Source of the DNA: Candidatus Taenariivivens baikalensis
Lineage (GTDB): Bacteria > Omnitrophota > Omnitrophia > Omnitrophales > Aquincolibacteriaceae
DNA: 64,000 bases
NCBI GenBank assembly: GCA_009691445.1
Contig: SICL01000001.1
Span: 129,738-193,737 of the forward strand
Direction of reading: 5' to 3'
Shown: piece by piece, positions 10,431-19,796 of the stretch
Layout of the letters: each line of letters starts with the position of its first letter
How positions within the stretch are numbered: position 1 is the first letter of the stretch
Made by a program: the position numbers and the translations under genes
The notes under the pieces: generated by a model
Told to the model about the DNA's origin: nothing
What the model saw: only the letters and a program-made list of their open reading frames with translations
Databases searched by the model: none

Positions 10431-11308
10431 GAAGACCACCGCAAATCTCTTCGGAGAAGATCCTGCTTTTGGCCGAACCATTGAAAATAACCGCTAATAA
10501 ACCCTAAACAAATAAACACCTCGCAACATAAAACAACCGGACTCAATAGAAACCTCAAGCTTACAAATTTACGCAAGGTTGAGGCTATTTTATAAATCAC
10601 CCCCAAAATCGGCTGACGGATCTTAAACCTCTCTGACAATTCAAAGAGTCCAGGATAGATCATAAATGCAAAAGCCGAACCTCTTCCCTTTTGATAACTT
10701 TTTTCAAGCATTCGAAAAAAAGATTTTGGCGGCTCATAGTAAACAAGAGCCTCAGGAACTAGGACGGCATCATAGCCGCTGCGAGCAACCCGGATTCGAA
10801 GATCATTATCGGTGCCCGTGATTAATCTATCGCTTTCCCAACCCACTTTTTGATATATTTTTCTGGGAATTACCATGCAGGCATGTTGAACGCGTGCACC
10901 CAGATAAGGTTTTTCAACCATTGGGATATGGAAGCTTCGAGAAGAAAAATATTGCCGTTGAATCCAGCTAATCCCGGGAAAGGCTTCGCACGATGCTCCC
11001 ACAATACCAATATTGGATGAACTCTCAAACGGGACAAGCATATTTTCAAATATTTTTTCCCCGGTCAAATAAACCGTTTCATCAATAAAAAAAAGAAAAT
11101 CCCCTTTTGCCTGAGCCACACCTTCATTGCGGGCCCGACCATTCGGAGAACATCCCGTCGAAACTATCATCTCAAAATCTTGAAACGTTTGTTTGCGAAG
11201 CTCTTTCAGAAGTCGCGAATAGTGTGGGCTTTGTTCTCCGTTAAAAACCGGCAAAATCACCGAGGCTTTGGGCTGCTCCTTTTTAAATTCTTCGGGCTTA
11301 ATGATCAT
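10427..11308 (-). CDS. GT2-family glycosyltransferase
   Basis: VILPVFNGEQ and GDFLFFIDETV (DxD motif). Start chosen at the ATG at 11308 (MIIKPEEF), which has a GAGG 9 nt upstream. The track start at 11350 is a TTG. Confidence 0.75.
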   Translation of the reverse strand: MIIKPEEFKKEQPKASVILPVFNGEQSPHYSRLLKELRKQTFQDFEMIVSTGCSPNGRARNEGVAQAKGDFLFFIDETVYLTGEKIFENMLVPFESSSNIGIVGASCEAFPGISWIQRQYFSSRSFHIPMVEKPYLGARVQHACMVIPRKIYQKVGWESDRLITGTDNDLRIRVARSGYDAVLVPEALVYYEPPKSFFRMLEKSYQKGRGSAFAFMIYPGLFELSERFKIRQPILGVIYKIASTLRKFVSLRFLLSPVVLCCEVFICLGFISGYFQWFGQKQDLLRRDLRWSS

Positions 11309-12464
11309 CAAAGGCATCCTCGTATTTTTGCAGCACCATCGGCCAATCAAGTTCGTTTTCGACTCTCTGACGGCCTTGTAAGCCTATTTTTCGGGCTAGT
11401 TCTGGATCTTCCAGAAGAAGGCATGCTTTTTCAGCAATCTCCTGAGGATTTGTCGGAGAAACTAAGAAACCAGTGACGCCATCAATCACCGCATCGGCTA
11501 CTCCTCCGGAATTACCGCCAATCACGGGTTTTCCCGCAGCACTCGCCTCAATGAAGGCAACTCCAAACCCTTCAAAATCGCCCACCCAAGGGTCCTTTGG
11601 ATCATCAATAACACGATTCGGGAGAATAAAAATATCACAGGACGCATAACACACCGGAAGGTCTCGGTCTTGAACAAATCCAGCGAAGGTGACGGACCCC
11701 TGAAGATTTTTTTTTTGAACTTTTTGGCGCAAATTTTCTTTTTCCGGCCCCTCACCCACAATTAAATAGTGGGCAGTGGGAACGCGCGCGAGAATCGCGG
11801 GAAGAGCATCGATAACCTGGTCGTGCCCCTTACGTGGAAATAAGCGCGCTACTGTCAAAAGAACTTTTTTTCCCTCAAGCCCAAACTTCTTTTTAAATTC
11901 CAAGGTTCCCGAGACCTTCGGCGAAAACTTTTCAGCATCAATCCCATTGGGGACAAACTCAACATTCTGAAGTTTTGGGATAAATTTTAAAACGAGGTCG
12001 CGCGTATAGTGACTCACGGAAAAAACTCGCTTGGCACGCTTAAGGACGATCTTCAGAAGACCAATGTCGGTCCGCGAAAGCGCAGGGCGAGACACTTCAT
12101 ATCCGTGCGTAAGAACTGCATAAGGAACCCCGGTAAAAAAATTAAAAACACAGCTAGCAACTCCCGAAAAATTCCACGACGTGGCCCAAATGCGGTCAAT
12201 TTTTTCTCGCTGATGAATCTTGAAAATTTGAACGGTGAGAGCCCAAATCTGGACGATTCGGGCCGAGGGCTGGTCCATTCGATTAATTGAGAAGGTTTGA
12301 TCCTGATCTTGAAATTGGGAAGGCCATTTGCCCCGCACATAATTCCAACACAGCACCTGAATCGGCCGTTTGTTTTTACTCCAGTGAGCGGCCATTTCAT
12401 AGGCCACGACAGCAATTCCGCCATCCTGAGGCGGGAATTCACGCGTCACAATCAGATCCGCCAT
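11298..12464 (-). CDS. GT4 glycosyltransferase
   Basis: GFGVAFIEASAAGKPVIGGNSGG (EX7E region) and FPPQDGGIAVV N-terminus. Confidence 0.8.
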   Translation of the reverse strand: MADLIVTREFPPQDGGIAVVAYEMAAHWSKNKRPIQVLCWNYVRGKWPSQFQDQDQTFSINRMDQPSARIVQIWALTVQIFKIHQREKIDRIWATSWNFSGVASCVFNFFTGVPYAVLTHGYEVSRPALSRTDIGLLKIVLKRAKRVFSVSHYTRDLVLKFIPKLQNVEFVPNGIDAEKFSPKVSGTLEFKKKFGLEGKKVLLTVARLFPRKGHDQVIDALPAILARVPTAHYLIVGEGPEKENLRQKVQKKNLQGSVTFAGFVQDRDLPVCYASCDIFILPNRVIDDPKDPWVGDFEGFGVAFIEASAAGKPVIGGNSGGVADAVIDGVTGFLVSPTNPQEIAEKACLLLEDPELARKIGLQGRQRVENELDWPMVLQKYEDAFDDH

Positions 12465-12472
12465 GCAACTGC

Positions 12473-13417
12473 CTACACAGTCTTTGAACGCGCGGTCTTG
12501 GGACGCTTGACTGTCCCCCGCCGGTCATGCCAAGGAAAACGATTAAGATTTAAAATCCGGTCCCAGTCGTAAAAAATGAGCTGTAAAATTATCAAATCGG
12601 GGAAAAAAATATTTTGCAATAATAAAATAAAGCCATGGAGCATCATCCCAATCAACGGATAAATCATCCTTAGATGCCAAGAAAAAAGAATCACCGGATA
12701 AAACAACTCGGAAAAAACAGCCGCGGCAGAAAGTAAAATCCAAACACCGTCCGGCCAATGGATTGTTCCGAGGCCCACCTGGAAACGAAAATGCATAATC
12801 CCCAAGGTATCCTGAAGAATATGATGCTTTAAGTTCCACGGGGCAAACCATTCGAGGCCGCTATTATGAAGTTTGGCATAACCAGCCTGAAAATAGCAAC
12901 CCGCCATGACGGCACGAAGCAGAAAGACTGACCACCCATAAATGACCTGCTGAGTTTCTTTTTCTCCGGATCTTCCCTTTTTTTGACTTTGGCTTTGATC
13001 CCAGGAAAGCCCATCTTCAACGGGAAGCCATAACATAAAAAACATGAGATAAAACGGAAGCAAACCCGTATGAAAAAACCAGGCATAGGCCCGGGGAACA
13101 CTGATATAAATAAAATACATGACCGTCGCCGCAAGTAAACTCCAGCGAGTTTGGCATCCCACCAGTGCCATCAGTAAAAAAACGACGAGAAGCAGCTTAA
13201 ATGCGGCTAGGATCACCGAAGATGAAAGCAAAACCGCCATCATCGAACGCGGGACAAACATCATAAAACCAATGGGACGATACCAATCAAAGGGAACTTC
13301 ACTGAATACCGGAAAATTTTCCCAAAGCACATAAAAGAGTGCTGTCAATAGCACCAGAATCCGGATTGCTCCAAGCCGGGACGCGTTGCACATCCCCACC
13401 ATCTTTCGCTCAAACAT
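12473..13417 (-). CDS. HTTM-domain integral membrane protein (vitamin-K-dependent gamma-carboxylase-like fold)
   Basis: About 8 TM segments with an HTTM-like N-terminal pattern (SRLGAIRILVLLTALFYVLW...FDWYRP). Start set at the internal ATG at 13417, preceded by an AGGAG Shine-Dalgarno sequence. Confidence 0.55.
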   Translation of the reverse strand: MFERKMVGMCNASRLGAIRILVLLTALFYVLWENFPVFSEVPFDWYRPIGFMMFVPRSMMAVLLSSSVILAAFKLLLVVFLLMALVGCQTRWSLLAATVMYFIYISVPRAYAWFFHTGLLPFYLMFFMLWLPVEDGLSWDQSQSQKKGRSGEKETQQVIYGWSVFLLRAVMAGCYFQAGYAKLHNSGLEWFAPWNLKHHILQDTLGIMHFRFQVGLGTIHWPDGVWILLSAAAVFSELFYPVILFSWHLRMIYPLIGMMLHGFILLLQNIFFPDLIILQLIFYDWDRILNLNRFPWHDRRGTVKRPKTARSKTV

Positions 13418-15212
13418 CGGAAGACTCCTCATACGGTTTACCGATCGCTCTTTGGATCACAAATCCTCGATTGGGATCCCGGGGATCGTCGAAAGCATTC
13501 CATTTCCAGCGCTCAAAATGAATTTCAGCAATCCCGGGATCTCCCGATTTACGAAATCTCCGGTCATAAGCTTTGTCATAGATTGTTGTAAATTCGTTGG
13601 CAAGTTCAGGACTTTTAAGGGCTTCCTCGACATACCGTTTTGAACGGCCGTCGGCAAGTATTGGCAGCACCTGATGATCGGGGATCTTTACTTCTTTACC
13701 ATCTTGGAGAATGACCACCATCTTGTCGTAAAGAACGGTTTTTTCTTCAACAAACGAAAACATCTGGAAGGCGGTCAGAGGGAAAAACTCAATGCGGTAA
13801 ATCATCTGAAAAAGCAGATACATTCCATACAAACAAAGAATCCATTTCGGGCGTGCTTCCTGGCGAGTTCTCGTAAAAATAAAAATTACGAGGAATGCCA
13901 AAGCAGCCGTACCCACCAAGGCCTTGAGTTCAAAATCTTTATTTCGATCAGGAAAGCTGCGATACTCCCATCCCGTTTTCTCAATGCTCTTCTCGCGGTC
14001 GAGAGACTCCATCTCTTTCAATCCTTCCGCAACCGCATCCGCAAAAACAGCGTGGCCTGTCCGGACGGGACAATCATCATCATGAATCACCCGGTAGACA
14101 GGAGTTCCGGCTTTAAGAGCTTTTTGCACCGCGGGAAGTACGTCCACATAACCAATTCTTGCCGCACGCAAAAAATCAATCGTCCGGCTGCGGAAGTAAT
14201 TCTCATTTTCGATTAGGTTTTTGAATTTTTCTGATATCGCAAGATCTGATTCGGAAAGAAACTGAGCATAAGCAGATTCTTTTGTGGGAATCAGCACCGG
14301 GACAAACTTCACCGCCTCTTTTTGAAGACGATCCTGGATATCTCGGAGGATTTCCAGCGTGATTCTCATCCCTTCAATAATCCGGGGATCCTCACGGCCC
14401 AGCGCAAGCGCTCGGTATTCGGGCCAAAAAATCATATGGAGGCGTGGATCGTCCACGACCTCCGCAACCCCTTCAACCTTTTGCGCAGCCGCCTTGATCG
14501 TATCCCATTTTGATTCAAGAAAGGCCGCATGACGATTCTCAGTTCCATTCAGTTTATGTTTCAAAAAAAGGCCAAAACGGTAGCACGCGGAATAGCTGAG
14601 TAATCTCCTCATCCCGCCACAAAAACCTTTCGACGACGAAATGTTTCCGCGATAGATTCCTTCCTGTTCCGTCATAAGACTCTGAATGTCCCGGACTTTT
14701 TTCGAAAGAGGAAACCGGTTTTCCAGCTCCGTCCACTGTCGGATGCGATTTGGATCCTGATCACGAAACCGATCCATACGCTTTTCCACATAAACTGTTT
14801 CAAAGACTTTTAAAAAATCACTTCCCAAATCAAGATTCACAAAAATCGTCTTGGGCTTGAAGGCAAGGACAGTATTTAACTGCTCATAAGAATCCACCAA
14901 ACTGAGATAAGGACGGGACACGGTATAAACCGGTTTGCCTAACAAAGAGCCCAACTTGAGTGGCCAAGCATTTTTCTTATCCCAGCATGAGCCGCTGCCC
15001 TGGGAGTCTCCCAAAACGATGAGATCCGCCTGCTTGACGCCCCGGGGATTGGGAAATCCCCTTTCATCCAACTGGGAATGACGAGCAATCCAGTAATGAC
15101 CTCCGAAAGGAAGCAGGATTTCTCCCAAAACAAACAGAAGAATGAACCAGATCACGAAGGTCTTGAGAGAAGATGAAGGACGAATGGGTCCCGAAGACGA
15201 TAATTTAAGCAT
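13410..15212 (-). CDS. Membrane-anchored protein with an SGNH/GDSL-like hydrolase N-domain and an unknown C-terminal domain
   Basis: N-terminal TM helix, a GDSQGSG block-I-like motif, a second TM helix near residue 430, then a 150-aa hydrophilic C-terminal domain. Confidence 0.4.
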   Translation of the reverse strand: MLKLSSSGPIRPSSSLKTFVIWFILLFVLGEILLPFGGHYWIARHSQLDERGFPNPRGVKQADLIVLGDSQGSGSCWDKKNAWPLKLGSLLGKPVYTVSRPYLSLVDSYEQLNTVLAFKPKTIFVNLDLGSDFLKVFETVYVEKRMDRFRDQDPNRIRQWTELENRFPLSKKVRDIQSLMTEQEGIYRGNISSSKGFCGGMRRLLSYSACYRFGLFLKHKLNGTENRHAAFLESKWDTIKAAAQKVEGVAEVVDDPRLHMIFWPEYRALALGREDPRIIEGMRITLEILRDIQDRLQKEAVKFVPVLIPTKESAYAQFLSESDLAISEKFKNLIENENYFRSRTIDFLRAARIGYVDVLPAVQKALKAGTPVYRVIHDDDCPVRTGHAVFADAVAEGLKEMESLDREKSIEKTGWEYRSFPDRNKDFELKALVGTAALAFLVIFIFTRTRQEARPKWILCLYGMYLLFQMIYRIEFFPLTAFQMFSFVEEKTVLYDKMVVILQDGKEVKIPDHQVLPILADGRSKRYVEEALKSPELANEFTTIYDKAYDRRFRKSGDPGIAEIHFERWKWNAFDDPRDPNRGFVIQRAIGKPYEESSDV

Positions 15213-16374
15213 GCTCTTTTACCGATCCGATGTGGTGATAAAAATCCAGTGTCAATTGCGCCATTTGATGCCATGTATATCGACGGGCGCGGCACAGCCC
15301 CTGAAGCTTAAACCGTTCCGCCGTTTCTGAATCACGGGACAGAACCTCATCCAGCGCCTCCGCCATTTTCTGTGAATCATGAGGATCCACCAGCCGAACA
15401 TCATGTCCGAGATTTTCCTGGTGAGGCGGAATATCGGATGCAATCACGGGAATTCCCGAAGCCATCGCCTCCAGCGGGGGCGATGACCATCCTTCCCAAA
15501 ATGAAGGAAAAAAGAACGTCCGGGCGGCACTGTAAAGCATCGGAAGATCCTCGGATTCTTGATCCAACCAGCCCGTCATAAAAACATCTCCCGTTAAATT
15601 CATGTCTGGAATCAGTTGAGCTAAATCTCGGGCATACGCGGGCATTCCGCCCGCAAGAACCAGCATCAAGTCCGAATACCCTTTTTTCTTTTTTAATAGG
15701 GAAAAGGCTTCAAGAATTCCCTGAATGTTTTTATTCCTCTGAATTCCACCCGCATAAAGCACATAGGGACGTTCAAAACTAAAACGCTTTTTCAGATACG
15801 CACGAGCCTGTTGAATGTCTCGGGGATAAAACTCATTTCCAATCCCAAGCGGAGTCACCTTGATTTTATTTGCCCCCACACCGTAATGCGCCATAAAATC
15901 CTGCTTCATGGACTCAGATACACAGATAAAGTAATCGGCATTCCGAAGCGCTTTCTTCATAAAGGCTTCGTAATAGCGCACATAAGATGGATCTAAATGC
16001 CCAGGAATCCGCAGATGAGCCACGGAATGAATCGTGACAACCAGGGGCAGGCGACCGCGCGGGGGCAGGATTTCTCCAAGAGAATGAAAAAGATCGATTC
16101 CCCCAAGAAATGCTCCCAGCGGAGGAATCCCCCATTCATTCCACAGCCACTTAACGACCCCACCCGGAAGATAGATTAACCGGTTACGCATGCGTGATAA
16201 GTTTGGGAACTGAGGAACGGGATAAGCGGGCTTTCGAAATCTAAAATAGAAAGCAATAAATTCGTCCGTGCTCGTAGTTGACTCGGAGGCCAGGGCCTGA
16301 ATCAAATTTACCGCATATCGGCGAATAGCCCTCTCTCCGTGAATCATTTCGTTACCGTCAATTCCGATTTTCAT
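15205..16374 (-). CDS. GT4 glycosyltransferase
   Basis: EGWSSPPLEAMASGIPVIASDIPPHQE (EX7E region). ATGA overlap with the upstream GT39 gene. Confidence 0.8.
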   Translation of the reverse strand: MKIGIDGNEMIHGERAIRRYAVNLIQALASESTTSTDEFIAFYFRFRKPAYPVPQFPNLSRMRNRLIYLPGGVVKWLWNEWGIPPLGAFLGGIDLFHSLGEILPPRGRLPLVVTIHSVAHLRIPGHLDPSYVRYYEAFMKKALRNADYFICVSESMKQDFMAHYGVGANKIKVTPLGIGNEFYPRDIQQARAYLKKRFSFERPYVLYAGGIQRNKNIQGILEAFSLLKKKKGYSDLMLVLAGGMPAYARDLAQLIPDMNLTGDVFMTGWLDQESEDLPMLYSAARTFFFPSFWEGWSSPPLEAMASGIPVIASDIPPHQENLGHDVRLVDPHDSQKMAEALDEVLSRDSETAERFKLQGLCRARRYTWHQMAQLTLDFYHHIGSVKEHA

Positions 16375-17960
16375 AGAGATTTCAGGGGCTTTTTTAAGTC
16401 ATATATCAAAAAATTCGGATCATGAAAGACCACGGGAAAACTTCTATTTAAAAACATCTTCAAATCACCCTGTAAAGCAAGCTGCTCAAGATCCGCAACC
16501 ACAAAATAGTCCCAAGATCCATACTTTTGATAATTTCGGAATCGCTCCTCAGCCGATAACCGCGAAATTCGTCGAATGATTTCAAAATTCATCTGTTCTT
16601 GGCTGGGCCATTCTAATCCCGAAACCCAGCCGTAATACTGAAGCATTTTCCCGGCACCCCACGAGCCCGGCAAATAAATCATACGGGTACTGTGGAGAGT
16701 GGCTTCACCAATCTTTTTTGCATTTGCAATCGTTTGTTCCTGTGAGGAAAACTGATAACTTCTTTCAATATATTTTGTTTTCCCCCAAATTTTCCCGAAG
16801 ATCCCTGCAGCCAAAATCAGCATCAGAAAAACCCAGGGGGATTTTTTAAAATAGCCCGAATAAGGCTTCGCCCGCTCGGCCAGCGCTGCCACTCCCAAAC
16901 AAATCCACGGCATCAGCATCAGTTGATAATATTCATGGGTGTGGATTTGATAAGTGAAGACAAGTCCAAAAATAAAATAGCCAATCCCGTATCCAATCAT
17001 GATCGCGCGTGCCTTGGAGTTGCGAAAAAGAAATAAACCTGTGACCGCAAAAAGCAAAGGGACAAATCCAATCACGATTCCTAGAAGACCTTTCCATCCA
17101 AGCCAGAAGTGGGGTGTCAAAATTAAATAGGGAAGGATACTGACTTGAAACTGCCACTGTAAAAAATCGCCTGTCACAATCCGGTAAACGTAATGCCCCG
17201 CCACTGGAAGAACCAATCCTAAAAAGAATATCCATAGCTGAAAATTCAATAACGCTTTTTTTAGACCATCGCGCTGCCAAATCCCCATACAAAAAGCCCC
17301 TAAAATAGGGAAAAGACAAAGCGGTTTAATCCAAACCGCGAGAATAGAAACTAACGCAGTGGAAAGAAAACTGGAGTCGGCGTCACCCTGAAAATAATCG
17401 ATAATCCTCTGGATTGAAAAAAGTAGCATCACCAGCATCAGGATGTCCGGCTGAAAGCTGGTGCTGATAATAATTCCATAGGGGAAAAAGAGAAATAGAA
17501 AGGCTGAGAAGCACGCGATTTCCGAACCAAACCACTTTTTCGCCAGTTGGTACAAGGCAAGTGCCGCCCAAAACCATATTCCGACAGCCAGAACGCGTGG
17601 GACCCACTCACGTTCTCCCCCAGCCACGGCATATCCCAGTGCAACCGCCATTTGAAACACGGGCGGCTCCAGGCGTTCCTGCTTTTGACCTTGTTCAATC
17701 GCAACCTCCTGGTTCCAGCGATCAGCGGGTTTTACTTTGCCAGCAAAATATTGGTAATAAAGACCACGGCTAATTAAGCGGTCATAATACTGACGGCCTT
17801 TATGAAATCCCGAAGGATGATGAACGATATAGGGAATTCGGATGAGAAGGGCCAAAAGAAGCAAGGCAAAGACAAGGGCTGGGCGGTACTTGGAAGTTTC
17901 AGCAGTGCGGTTGATCGGGGACATGATGTCTCTATTGATCGGAAAAAAAGACCGATACAT
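16371..17960 (-). CDS. GT-C glycosyltransferase of the PMT/ArnT (GT39/GT83) family
   Basis: Polytopic membrane protein with a PMT_2-like N-terminal region (EPPVF...GGEREWVPRVLAVGIWFWAALALYQLAKKWFGSEIACFSAF). Confidence 0.65.
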   Translation of the reverse strand: MYRSFFPINRDIMSPINRTAETSKYRPALVFALLLLALLIRIPYIVHHPSGFHKGRQYYDRLISRGLYYQYFAGKVKPADRWNQEVAIEQGQKQERLEPPVFQMAVALGYAVAGGEREWVPRVLAVGIWFWAALALYQLAKKWFGSEIACFSAFLFLFFPYGIIISTSFQPDILMLVMLLFSIQRIIDYFQGDADSSFLSTALVSILAVWIKPLCLFPILGAFCMGIWQRDGLKKALLNFQLWIFFLGLVLPVAGHYVYRIVTGDFLQWQFQVSILPYLILTPHFWLGWKGLLGIVIGFVPLLFAVTGLFLFRNSKARAIMIGYGIGYFIFGLVFTYQIHTHEYYQLMLMPWICLGVAALAERAKPYSGYFKKSPWVFLMLILAAGIFGKIWGKTKYIERSYQFSSQEQTIANAKKIGEATLHSTRMIYLPGSWGAGKMLQYYGWVSGLEWPSQEQMNFEIIRRISRLSAEERFRNYQKYGSWDYFVVADLEQLALQGDLKMFLNRSFPVVFHDPNFLIYDLKKPLKSL

Positions 17961-17977
17961 TAAATGTATTTTGTTTC

Positions 17978-19639
17978 TCAGGAAGAATGGCAGTTTTCAG
18001 GATGCGTCGATTCAAGGACAAGTGTCTTTGAATCCCGGAATAAAACCCTGACGACCGAGGCAAGAAGCGAAGGAAACGCCTTTTCAGAAGGGACGATGAA
18101 ATAACGAAATCCATAATCCCGGCACAAAGAGTCATACTCGCCGCGAACTGCCAACTCCTTGATGACTTTATCTTTAGACTCGAGGAGCGCAGGAACCCGG
18201 GAAAGATATCCAAACGCCATCGGCTTTTCATGCAGCGTCTGGTAATACAAGGCTTCGTGGCGGGTGGAGACTGTGTCGATCATAGCCCCTGGCGGTAACG
18301 TCTGTAAAAGTCGGATAGACTCAGGGACGCTCATCGAAATTCCTGGGAATCTTGCCGGCCAATATTCAAAAAAAAGCACGACCATCAGCAAAGAGGTGAA
18401 AACACGATGCTTCATCGGTCCTCGCCACAAGTTCCTCAAGGCCATCGCACCGATCACGGCAAGACTGAGTTGAGTCACATCAAACATCCGCGCAGGAATA
18501 CCGGACAATTTAAAAGCTGGAAAAAAATATTCCAAAGCTGCATAAGGCAGAGGAACCGGGTAGGCCCTCCCCATCAGATTCAGCTGTGGACCAAGTGCAA
18601 AAATCGCAAAGACTCCCGCAAGGCCCAGCCAAAGATTCAGTGACTCTTCCTGAAAAGATTTCCGGTTAAAGAGGACGTAGAGAAGCAAAAAAATCAGCGT
18701 AAACCCAACAAATAAACTAGATTCATAGTAATTACCCTTCCAGGAACCCCAGATCTCCCGAGTCCAAGCCGCATAATGAGAAAATCCACCGGGCAGCAAG
18801 GGTGAAAGAAGATCCATCGAATAATCACGGGAATCATGCAATCCTTCCGGCAGAGGCCCCTGGGAATATCCGTGAAGCATCGGCTTGATAAATAAAAAAA
18901 CACTGATCAGGAAAAGAGAGGCCACAAACGTCACGACTTTTCGATTTTGAAATAATAAATTCAGGAAATCCTTTCCCGTTCTTTTTACGAACCCGAGAAA
19001 AATAAGAAAAACACAGAGAGCGGCATAAAAAAAATAATACTGACAGCTCCATGAAATAAGGAAGAAAACGATGGCGGCCGCAATCCCCTTTCGAACATTA
19101 AAGGTTTCGAGAAATTGAAAGGTTAATAAAAGGAAGAGCGGGTTCCATTCAAAGGAAATCATGTGGATATGTCCTGAGGCTGCGTGGGCCATATGGGCAT
19201 TGGAAAACGCATAAATCAATCCCCCGGCAAGACTCGGGATGTAAGACCGCGTAAAATAGCGGCACAAACAGAAGGCGTTGAGCCCACCCAGGACAAACGA
19301 TCCCATGACCAGAAAATTATGGGACTGGATTCTTGTGAAAACAAACTGGAGTCCGGTATAGATCAACCCCTTCAGGGGAGCCAGACTGTGCGTATACAGA
19401 TCAACTCCGAAAGGGTAATGCAGAAAGCTTGTATGCCAAAAAGACGTGTGGAGCGACAGAAGAGACTTGGAAATCCACCAGAGGTTCCAAATGGACTGAA
19501 GACCATCCCGCCTGTCCGTGAAAAAATGAGATGAAAACTTCTGCATCAAAGGGAATGTGTAAACGTAAAAACAGAAAAAATAAATGAGGGCAGGAACGAC
19601 GAACGAAGTAAAACTCTTCCCGATTTTTTGAGAATTCAT
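17978..19639 (-). CDS. Polytopic membrane protein, putative GT-C-like glycosyltransferase (YfhO/DUF-type)
   Basis: More than 12 TM helices and a HYPFG motif. The start was trimmed to the ATG at 19639 (MNSQKIGK). The track's TTG start at 19732 would make the ORF run through a structured repeat element. Confidence 0.45.
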   Translation of the reverse strand: MNSQKIGKSFTSFVVPALIYFFCFYVYTFPLMQKFSSHFFTDRRDGLQSIWNLWWISKSLLSLHTSFWHTSFLHYPFGVDLYTHSLAPLKGLIYTGLQFVFTRIQSHNFLVMGSFVLGGLNAFCLCRYFTRSYIPSLAGGLIYAFSNAHMAHAASGHIHMISFEWNPLFLLLTFQFLETFNVRKGIAAAIVFFLISWSCQYYFFYAALCVFLIFLGFVKRTGKDFLNLLFQNRKVVTFVASLFLISVFLFIKPMLHGYSQGPLPEGLHDSRDYSMDLLSPLLPGGFSHYAAWTREIWGSWKGNYYESSLFVGFTLIFLLLYVLFNRKSFQEESLNLWLGLAGVFAIFALGPQLNLMGRAYPVPLPYAALEYFFPAFKLSGIPARMFDVTQLSLAVIGAMALRNLWRGPMKHRVFTSLLMVVLFFEYWPARFPGISMSVPESIRLLQTLPPGAMIDTVSTRHEALYYQTLHEKPMAFGYLSRVPALLESKDKVIKELAVRGEYDSLCRDYGFRYFIVPSEKAFPSLLASVVRVLFRDSKTLVLESTHPENCHSS

Positions 19640-19654
19640 AGCGCAGGGGGTTTT

Positions 19655-19736
19655 GTCATTGCGAGTCCCGCGCCTTGGCGGAGACACGGCAATCTCTGGC
19701 CAAAACCCGAGATTGCTTCGCTTTGCTCGCAATGAC
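19655..19736. repeat. Structured intergenic repeat (copy A): terminal inverted repeats GTCATTGCGAG/CTCGCAATGAC and nested inner inverted repeats GCAATCTC/GAGATTGC
   Basis: 11 bp perfect terminal inverted repeats about 60 bp apart, with an 8 bp inner inverted repeat. Homologous to the copies at 54147-54260 and 63357-63420. Confidence 0.7.
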
Positions 19737-19796
19737 TGAGAGAAAGTTGATAACCAAATAGGCTGTTAGTTTCTTGCATGATTTAATATTTTAAAA

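Noticed and set aside
19640-19732. N-terminal extensions of several track ORFs (17978-19732 from a TTG; 1954-3201; 9483-10481; 10427-11350 from a TTG; 19797-21794; 22930-23574) that overlap the upstream gene by 38-98 nt
   Set aside because: Internal ATG/GTG starts give family-typical N-termini, remove the long overlaps, and often create ATGA couplings or have Shine-Dalgarno sequences. The extension at 19640-19732 runs through a hairpin repeat.
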